DNA of 64,000 nucleotides from Alphaproteobacteria bacterium. Its GTDB lineage: Bacteria > Pseudomonadota > Alphaproteobacteria > SHVV01. A program made the position numbers and the translations under genes. The DNA is taken from contig OZ253470.1 of NCBI GenBank assembly GCA_965261735.1, positions 2,624,001 through 2,688,000 on the forward strand, given 5' to 3'. The notes under the pieces are model-generated. The model ran no database searches and was not told the DNA's origin. It saw only the letters and a program-made list of their open reading frames with translations. How positions within the stretch are numbered: the first letter of the stretch is position 1; the number at the start of each line of letters is the position of its first letter. Of the stretch, positions 11,411-24,403 are shown piece by piece.

Positions 11411-12584
11411 AGTGCTCCTCCATCATCGCCACAAAACGCTCGAACAAGTAGTGGCTGTCTTGGGGGCCGGGGGAGGCCTCGGGGTGGTATTGCACGCCGA
11501 ACACGGGCTTGTCGGCGAGCGCGAGGCCCTCGAGGCTGGCGTCGAAGAGCGAGGTGTGGGTGGCGGCGACGCCGGCCGGCAGGCTCGACGCCTCGACCAC
11601 GAAACCGTGGTTCTGGCTCGTGATCTCGACCTGGCCGGTCTTGAGGTCCTTGACCGGGTGGTTGGCGCCGCGGTGCCCGCGCCTCATCTTGGAGGTGCGC
11701 GCGCCCAGCGCCAGCGCCAGTATCTGGAAGCCGAGGCAGATTCCGAAGAGCGGCAACCCGCTCTCGAGCAGCGCGCGGACCACCTGAACGGCGTAGGCGC
11801 CGGTCGCCGCCGGATCGCCCGGGCCGTTGGAGAGGAAGACGCCGTCGGGGCGGTGCGCGAGGATGTCCTCGGGCCGGGCCGCCGCCGGGACCACGGTGAC
11901 GCGGCAGCCGGCCGCCGCGAGACAGCGCAGGATGTTGTGCTTGACGCCATAGTCGATCGCGACGACGTGGAACCGCGGCCGCGCCGGCGCGCCGTAGCCG
12001 GCGTCCAACGACCAGACGGTCTGGTCCCAGCGGTAGGTCTGCGTGCACGACACTTCCTGCGCGAGGTCCATGCCTTCGAGGCCGGGCCAGGCGCGCGCCG
12101 CCGCAGCCAGCGCCGCCGGGTCGATGCCGCCGCGGCGGCCGGCGTGGCACAAGGCGCCGGATTGCGGCCCGCCGTCGCGCAGCAGCCGCGTCAACCGGCG
12201 CGTATCCACCCCGCTCATGCCGACCAGGCCCTTGCGCTTGAGCCAGGCGTTGAGATGCTGGGCGGCGCGAAAGTTGGACGGCGCCGAGATCGGCGCGCGC
12301 ACCACCAAACCCCGCGCCGCCGGGCTCACCGCCTCGACGTCCTCGTCGTTGGCGCCGACATTACCGATGTGGGGAAAGGTGAAGGTGATGATTTGGCCGG
12401 CGTAGGAGGGGTCGGTGAGGATCTCCTGGTAGCCCGTCATCGAGGTGTTGAAGCAGACCTCGCCGACCACCGTGCCCTGTGCGCCAACCCCGGTGCCACT
12501 TATCAGGGAGCCATCGGCCAGCACCAACGCCGCCGGCGCCCCGCGGGCGGGAGGCGCGGCGCGACTCGTCGATGCACGAACCAA
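11409..12584 (-). CDS. carA: Carbamoyl-phosphate synthase small subunit
   Basis: FNTSMTGYQE, LSNGPGDP, GICLG, SQNHGF, QYHPE. Confidence 0.97.
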   Translation of the reverse strand: MVRASTSRAAPPARGAPAALVLADGSLISGTGVGAQGTVVGEVCFNTSMTGYQEILTDPSYAGQIITFTFPHIGNVGANDEDVEAVSPAARGLVVRAPISAPSNFRAAQHLNAWLKRKGLVGMSGVDTRRLTRLLRDGGPQSGALCHAGRRGGIDPAALAAAARAWPGLEGMDLAQEVSCTQTYRWDQTVWSLDAGYGAPARPRFHVVAIDYGVKHNILRCLAAAGCRVTVVPAAARPEDILAHRPDGVFLSNGPGDPAATGAYAVQVVRALLESGLPLFGICLGFQILALALGARTSKMRRGHRGANHPVKDLKTGQVEITSQNHGFVVEASSLPAGVAATHTSLFDASLEGLALADKPVFGVQYHPEASPGPQDSHYLFERFVAMMEEH

Positions 12585-12858
12585 TGCTTGCGCTCCGGCC
12601 GGGTTGATCCGCAGGGCCCGCGGGCGATGACGGGCGCGCCTCGCGCGGGCCGGTTGGATGGTATCTAGGCTGCCTTCGCCGCCGGCCTGCGCGGGCGAAA
12701 GCCGGGCGCACCATAAGCAACAAGCGTGCCGCCGTCAACTCCTGGCCTCAACCGAATTTCCCTTAGTTATCAATTGGTTGGCAGGAAGAATCCCATTGCT
12801 TCAACGGCCGCATGGGTGTAGGATTCACGTCTCTCGCAGACATCCGGATCATCCTTTC

Positions 12859-13329
12859 ATGCTGCGTGCCCGCCTGAGCGAGGCATCGAAAGCTGCGATG
12901 AAGTCCAAGGATAGCCGCCGGGTTTCCACCCTGCGGCTCATCCTCGCGGCGCTCAAGGACCGTGACATTGCCGCCCGCGCCGACGGCAACAACGAAGGCC
13001 TGAGCGACGAGCAGATCATCAGCATGCTCGGTACCATGGTGCGTCAGCGCGGCGAAAGCATCACCCTGTACGAGGGCAGTGGGCGGCCCGATCTCGCGCA
13101 GCAGGAGCGCGAGGAGATCGCCGTGATCGAGGACTTCATGCCGGTCAAGCTCGGCGATGAGGAGGTCTCGCGGGCAATCCACGACCTCGTCGCGGAGCTC
13201 GGCGCCGTCGGCCTTAAGGACATGGGACGCACAATGGCGGCCATGAAGGCGCGTTACGCCGGGCGCCTGGACTTCGCCAAAGCGAGCGGTATCGTCAAAC
13301 AGCTGTTGACGGGGACCGATGCCCACTGA
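12859..13329 (+). CDS. yqeY: GatB/YqeY domain protein
   Basis: LRLILAALKDRDI, KDMGRTM; carA/yqeY/dnaG/rpoD synteny. Confidence 0.92.
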   Translation: MLRARLSEASKAAMKSKDSRRVSTLRLILAALKDRDIAARADGNNEGLSDEQIISMLGTMVRQRGESITLYEGSGRPDLAQQEREEIAVIEDFMPVKLGDEEVSRAIHDLVAELGAVGLKDMGRTMAAMKARYAGRLDFAKASGIVKQLLTGTDAH

Positions 13330-13416
13330 GGCATTGGCCGGCGCTTGCCGGACCGCGTATGGGCGAGAACCCCGGGGCCAACCGCCACGGCCCGCACGAG
13401 CCGCGCCGTCGCCCTG

Positions 13417-15255
13417 ATGGCGGTCCCCGCGACCTTTCTCGACGAGCTTCGCGAGCGCCAGCCGTTGTCGGAGATCGCCGGCCGTCGCGTCCGGCTCGTC
13501 AAGCGCGGCCGCGAGCACACTGGGCTCTGCCCCTTCCACACCGAAAAGACGCCATCGTTCACGATCAACGACGACAAGGGTTTTTATCACTGTTTCGGGT
13601 GCCAGGCGCACGGCAGCGTGTTCGACTTCGTGATGCAGACCGAGGGGTTGAGCTTCGTCGAGGCGGTCGAGAAGCTGGCCGGCGTGGCCGGCATGGCGCT
13701 GCCGACGCGCTCGGCAGCGGCCGAGGCCCGCGCCGACCAGGCCGCCGGCCTCTATGACATTATGGAGCGCGCCGCCGGTTGGTTCGAATCGCAGCTCGCC
13801 GCAGGCGTCGGCACGCCGGCCCGCGAATATCTGGCGGGCCGCGGCCTGAGCGGCGATACGATCGCGCGGTTCCGGCTCGGCTTCGGCCCCGATGGTTCGG
13901 GCCGCCTGAGGGATGCGATGCTGGCTCGCGGGATGAGCCGGGACGGTCTGGTCGAAGCCGGCCTGTTGATCGTGCCCGACGACGGTCGCGAGCCCTATGA
14001 TCGCTTCCGCAACCGCATCATCTTTCCCATCACCGACCGCCGTGGCCGCGTCATCGCCTTTGGCGGGCGCGCCCTCGGCACGGCCCGCGCCAAGTACGTG
14101 AACTCGCCGGAAACGGCGCTGTTCAAGAAAGGGAGGGTGCTCTACGGCGCCGCCCTCGCCCGTGAAGCCGCGCGCGAGAAGGATGCGGTGCTCGTCGCCG
14201 AGGGCTACATGGACGTGATCGCGCTGGCGGCGGCGGGGTTTCGCCATGCGGTGGCGCCGATGGGGACGGCGCTCGGCGAGGATCAGATCCGCGAGCTGTG
14301 GCGCCTGGCCCCGGAGCCGGTGCTGTGCCTCGACGGCGACGAGGCCGGATGGCGGGCCGCCATGGCGGCGGCCGAACGCGCTCTGCCGCTGCTCAAGCCC
14401 GGTCACTCGCTGAGGTTCGCCCTGCTGCCGCCGGGCGAGGACCCCGACAGCCTCCTGCGCGGCGCCGGCGCACCCGCCATGGGTCAAGTCATCGCGGGCG
14501 CGCTTCCGCTCGCCGACCTGCTGTGGCAGCGCGCCGTCGGCGGCCGAGCCCTCGCGACCCCGGAACAGCGTGCCGCGCTGGCCGAGCGGCTCGGCGAGCT
14601 CGTGGAGCGCATCGGCGATCGGACGGTGAGGACCTACTACCGGCAATACGTTGCGGAGCGGCTACGCGAGGCGTTTCCAGGGGCGGCGCCGCGCACCGCC
14701 GGTCCGAGCCGCCGACGGCCTGCGCCGAGGCACCCGGCGCGGGCCCTACGCAACCCGCACCGGCGCCGCGAACGGCTGCTGGTGGTCACCGTTCTCAACC
14801 ATCCCGAACTGCTGGCGCGCCATGCCGAGGACTTTGCCGCGCTCGCCATCAGCGATCCCGCGCTTGACGCGCTGCGCCGTGCTATTCTAGAAAGCGCCGG
14901 CGCGGCCCCGGACCTTGATTTGTCGGCCCTGAAGCAACACCTGATGGAACAGGGCCATGCGGCGCTCCTGGAGCGAGTCGTCGGGGAGAGTGTGTTCGAG
15001 CTCGAATGGTTTGCGCAGCCCGAGGCCGCGCCCGAGGACGCCGCCATGGGTTGGCTGCACGCGTTGGCGCGCCACCACCGGGCGGTGTCGTTGCCGCAGG
15101 ACGTGAGGGCTGCCGAGCGAGCTTTTGGAGAAAACCCCAACGACGAGACCCAGGCGCAGCTACTGGCGTTAAAGGCGGAAGAGGAGCGCGGCGAGGGCAA
15201 CGAGGCGGCGCTCGAGCAGTTCGGCCTGGCATCGGGAAGGAAAACATCGATCTGA
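13417..15255 (+). CDS. dnaG: DNA primase
   Basis: [11 protein letters not shown]...HCFGC zinc finger, [26 protein letters not shown]. Confidence 0.97.
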   Translation: MAVPATFLDELRERQPLSEIAGRRVRLVKRGREHTGLCPFHTEKTPSFTINDDKGFYHCFGCQAHGSVFDFVMQTEGLSFVEAVEKLAGVAGMALPTRSAAAEARADQAAGLYDIMERAAGWFESQLAAGVGTPAREYLAGRGLSGDTIARFRLGFGPDGSGRLRDAMLARGMSRDGLVEAGLLIVPDDGREPYDRFRNRIIFPITDRRGRVIAFGGRALGTARAKYVNSPETALFKKGRVLYGAALAREAAREKDAVLVAEGYMDVIALAAAGFRHAVAPMGTALGEDQIRELWRLAPEPVLCLDGDEAGWRAAMAAAERALPLLKPGHSLRFALLPPGEDPDSLLRGAGAPAMGQVIAGALPLADLLWQRAVGGRALATPEQRAALAERLGELVERIGDRTVRTYYRQYVAERLREAFPGAAPRTAGPSRRRPAPRHPARALRNPHRRRERLLVVTVLNHPELLARHAEDFAALAISDPALDALRRAILESAGAAPDLDLSALKQHLMEQGHAALLERVVGESVFELEWFAQPEAAPEDAAMGWLHALARHHRAVSLPQDVRAAERAFGENPNDETQAQLLALKAEEERGEGNEAALEQFGLASGRKTSI

Positions 15256-15361
15256 GCCCAGGGACACCGCGCGCCTGCTGCGGCGGGCGCCGGCCGGGCA
15301 GGCACGGATCGTGCACAGCGTTGACATCAGGCGAATCGTTTTGTCGAGGAGTGAAGCGTCG

Positions 15362-17422
<2,061 letters not shown>

Positions 17423-17428
17423 GGAGCC

Positions 17429-17487
17429 GGTATCGGGTATCAGTCAAGTACCGGATGGCACCTTCCGATCCCTGATCCCTGATCTCC
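17429..17487 (+). repeat. Heptamer-repeat imperfect hairpin between rpoD and the tRNA (possible terminator)
   Basis: GGTATCG-GGTATCA ... CGATCCC-TGATCCC-TGATCTCC. Confidence 0.4.
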
Positions 17488-17564
17488 GGGCCGGTAGTTC
17501 AATTGGCTAGAACCCGCCGCTCATAACGGCGTAGTTGCAGGTTCGAGTCCTGCCCGGCCCACCA
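17488..17564 (+). tRNA. tRNA with CAT anticodon, probably tRNA-Ile2 (lysidine); integration site
   Basis: GGGCCGG acceptor stem, loop CTCATAA, GTTCGAGTC T-arm, encoded CCA; downstream of rpoD; G1 start, unlike initiator Met. Confidence 0.92.
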
Positions 17565-17596
17565 CACTCTCAGAAAAAGATTTGTTTTTCAAAGGA

Positions 17597-18679
17597 TTAC
17601 CTCCCCTTATTTCCCAACCGCGCGGTAAGGTTGGGCACTTTTGTTCCCGTTTCAGCCCCCAGCTTCGCTAGGCCGGAGTCGGCCAGCGACACTCGATTGG
17701 CGGCTGCGGTGTACCGGCTTGCCTCGCGCGCGGTGCGGTGCCCGAGGAAGGACATGACCTCAAATTCGGTTGCACGGGCCTCAGCCAAGCGCCGGGCGCC
17801 CGCCTTTCGGAGCCCGTGCGCGGAGCACTGCGGCAGCCCGGCCTCGGTGCACCGGTCGCGCAACCAATTGCCGAGTGATTCGGGGGTGTAGCCCTTGCCG
17901 TGTTCACCGTGCGCCAGGAGCATCATTTGGTCCGGCGGCAGGTGCTCAAGTTCCGTCGCCAGTTCGGGTAGCAGGGGCAGGTCGACCAACTCCCCGGTTT
18001 TTCCCCGCCGATACGCAATCCGGCCGCCGCGGATGTTGCGGCGGGTGAGGGCGGCGGCGTCCTGGCGCGCCGCGCCGGTAGCGAGCAGGATTTCGAGTGC
18101 AAGGCGCGCCTTCGTGCCGCGTGCGTGCGTAGCCCGATAGGCGTCAATATCCGCGTCTTCCCAGGTTCGGAATCCGCCTCGTTTCGTCGGGTGCCGGTCG
18201 GCCAGCGGGGCCGGGCTTTGCCCCTTGAAACCGTGCATCTTCGCGGCGAAGCGGTACAGCTGCGACAAGTCTTTGCGCAGGCGATTTGCGGCGCTCGGGC
18301 CGCCCTTCTTCTCCATCAGCATCGCGATGTGGCGGGGTTCGATGCGGCTATATTTCGCGTCCCCAATCGTAGTCTTGATCCAGTCGAGCCGGCCGCGCAC
18401 GTCCCGGCGCGTGCTGTCCGCTAAGCGCAAGTAGCCCTTGCTCCCCAGGTACGCCTCGATCAAATAGGTAACCGTGCCGGGGCGCGCCCGCCGCCCCGCC
18501 AGCCTCGCGCCCTCGCACGCCTCCTCGTAGGCTTGCCGGAACTCGGTCGAGCCGTAGGGGCCGGGCAGGTAGGAGTCGACTTTGCGCCCTTTCACGGTGC
18601 GCTTCAGGCGATGCCTGAGCTTGCCGTGGCGGTCGGGGCCGGTGGAGACGCCCGGAAACGGATTACGGCGTCGCAACAT
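17597..18679 (-). CDS. Tyrosine integrase
   Basis: TGAARQD, HGLRK, LGH and SRY catalytic residues; stop 32 bp from the tRNA 3' end. Confidence 0.93.
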   Translation of the reverse strand: MLRRRNPFPGVSTGPDRHGKLRHRLKRTVKGRKVDSYLPGPYGSTEFRQAYEEACEGARLAGRRARPGTVTYLIEAYLGSKGYLRLADSTRRDVRGRLDWIKTTIGDAKYSRIEPRHIAMLMEKKGGPSAANRLRKDLSQLYRFAAKMHGFKGQSPAPLADRHPTKRGGFRTWEDADIDAYRATHARGTKARLALEILLATGAARQDAAALTRRNIRGGRIAYRRGKTGELVDLPLLPELATELEHLPPDQMMLLAHGEHGKGYTPESLGNWLRDRCTEAGLPQCSAHGLRKAGARRLAEARATEFEVMSFLGHRTAREASRYTAAANRVSLADSGLAKLGAETGTKVPNLTARLGNKGR

Positions 18680-18878
18680 GGGGCACCTTATTTATAAGGG
18701 CGTCGATGTCATTCGCATCGTCGTCGGCGGCGTCGCCAGTCCTGCCGGCGACGATGGAAACGCGGGTACCGTCCGGCCTCTCGATCTCCACCCGGCCCGT
18801 CTCAAAACCGGCTTCGCGCATCGCCTTCAAGTACCGGCGAAGCTCGGCCTGCGTGACTGTGGCCTTTTGGGTCGACAT
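18663..18878 (-). CDS. Excisionase-like small protein
   Basis: 71 aa, TQAELRRYLKAMREAG...VEIERPDG; overlaps the integrase start. Confidence 0.65.
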   Translation of the reverse strand: MSTQKATVTQAELRRYLKAMREAGFETGRVEIERPDGTRVSIVAGRTGDAADDDANDIDALINKVPHVATP

Positions 18879-18884
18879 AGGTCG

Positions 18885-19316
18885 CTACACGCGAAAGGCG
18901 GAAATTAGCGACGTCCTCGCGGGAGTTTCGTCGTCGGCAAGCACGTCAATGAATAAGCGCAGCGCTTCGTCCACGATTTGGGCTTCAAAAACTTTCGTCC
19001 GCCGGTCCGAGGGGATCGCCTGGCATAAGGCGGCCCGTGCCAAATAAAGGCGCCGTGGATTGGCTTGCACCGCCTTGGTTTTTGCCCTCGGGCGTGGGTT
19101 TGCTCGCGCGTACAGCTCCGCGCCCTGCGGTGTGCGAAGGAATTCCGCAGATGCCTGCTCGTACGTCAGCGCCGGGTTTTTGGTGTGAGACTCGCGCGCG
19201 TGGCGCTCTAGTTCCTCCTCAGCCTTAATCGCGTCCATGGCTTCGCGGATCGAGACACCGAACGCCCGGGCATACGCGTCGGCTTCATCAATGAGTTCGT
19301 CTTGGGTGCGAGTCAT
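18885..19316 (-). CDS. Phage hypothetical protein
   Basis: 143 aa helical ORF, RBS GAGG, PALTYEQASAEFLRTPQGAELY motif. Confidence 0.6.
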   Translation of the reverse strand: MTRTQDELIDEADAYARAFGVSIREAMDAIKAEEELERHARESHTKNPALTYEQASAEFLRTPQGAELYARANPRPRAKTKAVQANPRRLYLARAALCQAIPSDRRTKVFEAQIVDEALRLFIDVLADDETPARTSLISAFRV

Positions 19317-19400
19317 GTTGGCCTCTGAAGGTTTGTAAAACCTAACCAGTAACTACCTTTACATTAGCAGTTGGGCACGCCCCGCGCAAGTTTTTCCTCA

Positions 19401-19517
19401 GGGGCTGGCGGGCCTGGAGGCCAGGTGGCCAGGGATGGTGGCTTGAGTGTGGGATGGCCTGGCGGCCAGGGGGGCTGGCGGGCTTGGAGGCCAGGGGGGC
19501 TGGCGGGCCTGGAGGCC
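19401..19517. repeat. Three copies of the 22-bp direct repeat GGGGCTGGCGGGCYTGGAGGCC
   Basis: Copies at 19401, 19471 and 19496. Confidence 0.85.
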
Positions 19518-19519
19518 GT

Positions 19520-19612
19520 TGCCACACCTGCCACACCTACCCTATATAAGGCCTACTTACGGAAAAAGTGGTCCTATATAGGGCAGGTATGGCAGGTATG
19601 GCAGGTGTGGCA
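19520..19612. promoter_or_regulatory. Inverted iteron array, putative replication origin
   Basis: 2x TGCCACACC + TACCCTATATA, spacer, TATATAGGGCA + 3x GGTRTGGCA (inverted). Confidence 0.6.
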
Positions 19613-20480
19613 CACCCTTCAGAGCCTCGGTTTTGGTTACGCGGCCCACCGCAACGGCCGTGGAGGGTGGGACATGCGCCGCGCGAACTCGCCCACGGCA
19701 AGGGTAAGCGCCTGCGCCACATCGTCCCTGGCGGTATTGTTGGTGTCCCGCTTGACGAGCCGGACAGACCCTTGATCGTCGCTCTTGACCAGTGCCCCCG
19801 AAAACGACACCTCCAACAACGGCCGGCTGGCAGCCTCGCAGGCCAGGGGGCCATCGGCGGCTATCTTGCGGAGCGCACGGATATCCTCGCTCGCCTCCGA
19901 CCACCGCGTTACGCGGGGCATAACCGGCACGCTCCGCGCGCAATCGCGCAGCTCGTTGAGCCGGAACCTGTCACAGATGACGACCTCCGGCGCGCCCCAG
20001 CGCCCCAGGATGCCCCTCATCAACTCGGCGGGTGGTTGCACGCGCAGCCCCTCGGCGCCGGACAACGCGCCGGACTGCGCCAGCTTGCGGTATAGCCCTG
20101 GCGGCACCCGATCCCGCTTCTCCTGCGCCTCCAGCGACGGCAGCCCTGGCGCCACCGCAAGGGCCTCCACCCGGCCGGATCGCCATAGCGCCACGGCCGC
20201 CGACCACGCGCGCCCGGCGCCGAGGTCCACACCAACGATGGGCCGCCCCGTGCGCTCCGGAACCGGGCGCGCGCAAACGCGCTCCCAGTCCGCAACGGTC
20301 AGCAACACGGATGCTTCATCCCGTGTTGGTGTGTTTAAACGGTAGCTCAGGAACCTGCTGTTGGTAGCGACCGTAAATTTCCCATTTGTAACGACCCAAA
20401 ATTTCTCACTTTGGGCTTGTCGCTGAAGGCGTCCCGGGCCGCTCTGTTGGCTTTGCCAACAGAGCGGGATCGGTGCGCGG

Positions 20481-21503
20481 ATGTACAAATGGGAGACCAG
20501 GATGTTGTTGAAGCACTATCTGGACCGGGGTGTCTCGAAGGCGGAGCTGTCGAGGCGGTTCGGGGTGAACCGTCGGACGATCCACAATTGGGTCGATACC
20601 GGCCAACTGGACCGGGATCTGGCGGCCGGTGCGCGAGGGTATTCGCCCCGTCCGCCGGTGGCCCACAAGCTGGACCCCTACAAGGCGATCATCGACGCCC
20701 GTCTTGAGGCGTTCCCGAAGCTGTCGGCGAAGCGGCTTTTCGATGAGGTCCGCGCTGCGGACTACCCGGGCTGCTACTCTCGCGTGAACGACTACGTGCG
20801 GGCGACGCGACCGCGCGAACCGGTTGAATCGCTGGTCCGGTTCGAGACGCCGGCGGGGCGTCAGGGCCAGGTGGACTTCGGTACGTTCACGCTGCCCTGG
20901 GGCCGGCGCCATGCCCTGGTGATCGTCCTCGGCTACTCCCGGCTGCTGTGGCTGCACTTCTATACTCGGCAGACCATGCCGGTCCTGATGGAAGGTCTGG
21001 AGAGCGCCTTCGACCGGTTCGGCGGGGTTCCGGAGGAGCTGCTGTTCGACCAGATGCGCGCCGTGGTGCTGTCCGACGACCGCGGGGCCGGCGGCGGCCT
21101 GGTGCTGAACGAGGAGTTTCTGCGGTTCGCCGCGCACTGGGGGTTCATGCCGCGCTCGTGCCGACCCTATCGGGCCCAGACCAAGGGCAAAGTGGAGCGC
21201 CCGATCCGCTACATCCGCGAGAGCTTCTTCTACGGCCGCTCGTTTGCGAATGACAACGATCTCAACGAGCAGGCCGTGCGCTGGCTGGAGGGCACAGCCA
21301 ACGTCCGCCGGCATGCCACGACCGGGGAGCGTCCTGTCGACCGCTTCGAGCGCGACGAGCGAGCGGTGCTTCTCCCCTTGGCGAACCATCCCTATCGACG
21401 TCTCGGCGTCCGGCATGCTCCGGAGCCCGCGCCGCGGCGACTGCCGGCAACCGTGAAGGTCGAGCAGCGACCGCTTAGTGTCTATGCGGAGGCGCTGCAA
21501 TGA
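20481..21503 (+). CDS. istA: IS21 transposase IstA
   Basis: N-terminal HTH, RFETPAGRQGQVDF, TKGKVER. Confidence 0.95.
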   Translation: MYKWETRMLLKHYLDRGVSKAELSRRFGVNRRTIHNWVDTGQLDRDLAAGARGYSPRPPVAHKLDPYKAIIDARLEAFPKLSAKRLFDEVRAADYPGCYSRVNDYVRATRPREPVESLVRFETPAGRQGQVDFGTFTLPWGRRHALVIVLGYSRLLWLHFYTRQTMPVLMEGLESAFDRFGGVPEELLFDQMRAVVLSDDRGAGGGLVLNEEFLRFAAHWGFMPRSCRPYRAQTKGKVERPIRYIRESFFYGRSFANDNDLNEQAVRWLEGTANVRRHATTGERPVDRFERDERAVLLPLANHPYRRLGVRHAPEPAPRRLPATVKVEQRPLSVYAEALQ

Positions 21504-22297
21504 ACGCTCCGGCGCCGGCCCGGCGCGACCGGCTGCGGGCAATGCTGGCGGACCTCAAGATGCCGGGCGCGCTGGAGGCCGTCGACGGCATCCTCTCGGA
21601 CGCCGACGGCGGCACGATCTCGGCGGCCGAGGCCATCGAGCAGTTGCTGAACGCCCAGATCGTGCTGCGCAACAACCGCCGTCTCCAGACCGCCATGCGC
21701 TCTTCGCGGCTGCCGGCTGTGAAGACGCTCGATCAGTTCGACTTCGCCTTCCAGCCCAGCATCAAGCGCGAGCAGATCGAGAGCTTGCACGAGCTCGGCT
21801 TCCTGGACCGCGGCGAGAACGTGATCCTGCTCGGCCCACCAGGCGTCGGGAAAACGCACTTGGCGATCAGCCTCGCGATCGCGGCGGCCGAGGCCGGCCG
21901 GCGCGTCTACTACGGCACGCTCGCGGCGCTGATCGAGTCCCTCACCGAGGCCAAGGCCGCCGGCAATCTGACCCGGCGGCTGCGCGTGCTCACCCATCCG
22001 GCCCTGCTGGTGGTCGACGAGATCGGCTACCTGCCGGTCAACCAGGACGGCGCCGTGCTCTTCTTCCAGCTCATCAACGCCCGGCACGAGAGGGCGTCGA
22101 CTGTGCTGACGTCGAACAAGGGTTTCGAGGACTGGGGTGGCGTGCTCGGCGACGAGGTCATGGCGGCGGCTCTCATCGACCGCCTTGTGCACCACTGCCA
22201 CATCGTCAACATCCGGGGCAACAGCTACCGGATGAAGGAGCATCAGAACCTGCTGCAGTCCGGCTCGGATCGACGCAGGAAAAGAGCCGCCGCGTGA
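21500..22297 (+). CDS. istB: IS21 helper ATPase IstB
   Basis: GPPGVGKT, LLVVDEIGY, DRLVHH. Confidence 0.95.
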   Translation: MNAPAPARRDRLRAMLADLKMPGALEAVDGILSDADGGTISAAEAIEQLLNAQIVLRNNRRLQTAMRSSRLPAVKTLDQFDFAFQPSIKREQIESLHELGFLDRGENVILLGPPGVGKTHLAISLAIAAAEAGRRVYYGTLAALIESLTEAKAAGNLTRRLRVLTHPALLVVDEIGYLPVNQDGAVLFFQLINARHERASTVLTSNKGFEDWGGVLGDEVMAAALIDRLVHHCHIVNIRGNSYRMKEHQNLLQSGSDRRRKRAAA

Positions 22298-22781
22298 TCG
22301 CCGGCTCAAACGGAGACAGGAGCGGTGACACCCGCCCGTTGTGGATAACCGGGTTGTCGCCGCCAGACTCTTGGCGGTCGCTGCGCCAACCCGGTTACCT
22401 ACAGCTCGACCAAGTCCGACACCCCAAACACCGCGTCTGGGGGTACGACCGAACGCTCAAAGTGAGAAATATTTCGATCGACAAAAGTGGGAAATTTTCA
22501 GTCGCAATTGACACCTGCCCTTTAGCCGGCTGTCGGCACGGGCCGCGTCGCGTTCCTCGCGTAGCTTGCGCTTGAAGTTTTCCGAGATCGCCGTCAGCGG
22601 GTTGACCCGCTTGATCTCCCGCCATTGGTCCCACTTTTCGGGGTCGCCCTGTAGCACCATGACGTATGTGCTGCCCCGGCTACCCGCCGCCACCAGATCG
22701 TGCCACCACCCCGAGTGCGCGGGCGCCAGCGTGCCAAGGTACAACGCCTGCATTGGCGATCCCGGCTTGCCCATAGCCGTT

Positions 22782-23807
22782 CCTGCTTATCCCTGAAAGT
22801 CATCCGGCGATGAGGAGGCGATAGGGCATGGGCTGGTTTCGTGCGGCGCTATGGACGAAACGCGGGATCATTGTCTGGAGTTGATAGCGCCGGTTGTAGC
22901 GCCAGGCGAAGCTGGCGAGATAGCGTCCGGCATGGTCGGGGCCGAGCTTGCGATAAGTCCCGGTGATCGCGCTCTTGATGTTGCCGAGCGTCGTGTTCAC
23001 CCATTTGAACGATGCCATGCGGGCCGCCTGGCGGCCCGACCCGGTGCGGATCGCCTGGTGGCTGCAGGCGGCTTCTTCGAGTGCGCTCCAGCAGCCCAGG
23101 CGGTCCGTCACAACCGCCGCGCCGGGGGCCAGCCAGTGCTTGGCGCCGCGCGCGATCTCGCGCTTGCGGAAGCCCTTGACCGGCGCCAGCTTCAGCTTGC
23201 GCGGGCGCCCCTCGGGACTGGTCGAGACCGCCGCCACGAAGGGCGTTTTGCCCGCCGCGCCGCGGCCCCGCTTGCCGCCGGAGCGCACCCCGCCGAGATA
23301 GGCGTCGTCCATCTCGACCCGCCCCGTAAGCGCCGTCTCCCCCTCGCGCCGCGCCATCACCGCCATGATCTTGTGCTTCACGGCCCAGGCCGTCGGCTGC
23401 TTGACCCCGAGACGGCGGCCGAGTTCCACCGACGAGATGCCGTTCTTCGCCGTCACGATCAGGTGGATGGCGGCAAACCAGACTGTCAGCGGCAGCTTGG
23501 TCGCGTGGAAGATCGTGCCCGCCGTGGGCGATGTCTGCTTCTTGCACCGGTTGCATTGATAGAGACCCCGACCCGCCAACACGCAATGCTCCCGATGGCC
23601 GCAGCAGGGGCAGACGAAGCCGCCCGGCCAGCGCAGCCGGACCAGCGCCGCGCGGCACTGCTCCTTGGTGCCGAAGGCCTCCCGAAACGCCTCGTCGTTC
23701 AGACCACGCACGCGCGATGCAACCTTGAACCCCATAACCGTGACCCCCTCATACAGAACATATTGAGAACATACATCCCCATAGGCGGAGTGTCACGGAT
23801 AAGCAGG
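22782..23807 (-). mobile_element. IS1595-family element (transposase 22800-23735)
   Basis: IRs CCTGCTTATCC(C/G)TGA, 8-bp TSD TAGCCGTT, CPCC/CNRC zinc ribbon, EMDDAYLGG. Confidence 0.93.
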
Positions 23808-24403
23808 TAGCCGTTTGTATCGCGTCATGGAGCAGCGATCCGCCGTTAACCTCCCACGCGCCCGGCTCATCGCAGATCGCCCACGGGCAGCCGACGAGCC
23901 CCATCGCCGTCTTGCCGTTCGAGCCGAGCACCCGAAGCCGGGTGTTCGTCGCCTTGTGGACGATCCCTATCCTCGTATGGCTGTCAAGGAAGCGATACCC
24001 GCCGCGCGGCTCCAGCTCCGACCGGGAGAACCTGAAAACAATCCGCGCTTGTTCGATGCTGGCGGCGCAAAGGACCGATTCCGTACCGGGTCGAAACAAA
24101 GCGTCGTCCGGGTCCAGGATGCGGGTCAGCAGATGGCCCGCCAGCCACGACTTGCCGTTGCCTCTCGGCAGGGAAAGCGCGGCAGTATCGATGCCGGGGG
24201 CGGTGGCTTCGCGGATAAATCGGGCCTGAAAAGGTCTCAATTTCACAGGAAAACGGCCGAAATCGAAAAATCGTTACACATAAGGCCCCGCCCTGCGCAC
24301 CACCAACCCCCGAAACATCTGCCGCGCAGGGGCCCCCAACACCCCACAAAGGGCCGTGCGCCGCCCCCCTACCACCTGCCCTAGCGAGTAGCGGGCCGTT
24401 GGC

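Larger units (their letters stand above)
20359..22513 (+). mobile_element. IS21-family insertion sequence
   Basis: TG...CA ends with imperfect IRs, 5-bp TSD CCTGC, istA-istB pair. Confidence 0.95.
19637..24246 (-). pseudogene. Terminase large subunit split into three pieces (24246-23808, 22781-22514, 20358-19637)
   Basis: Walker A PRGNGKS, Walker B AICDE, nuclease GVDLG and RDDVAQA; removing both IS plus one TSD copy each restores the frame (AIQTAMGKPG; DSRLKGRFLSYRLN). Confidence 0.9.

Noticed and set aside
10695-12668. 657-aa Fic fusion ORF
   Set aside because: Read-through of the truncated Fic into the antisense of carA.
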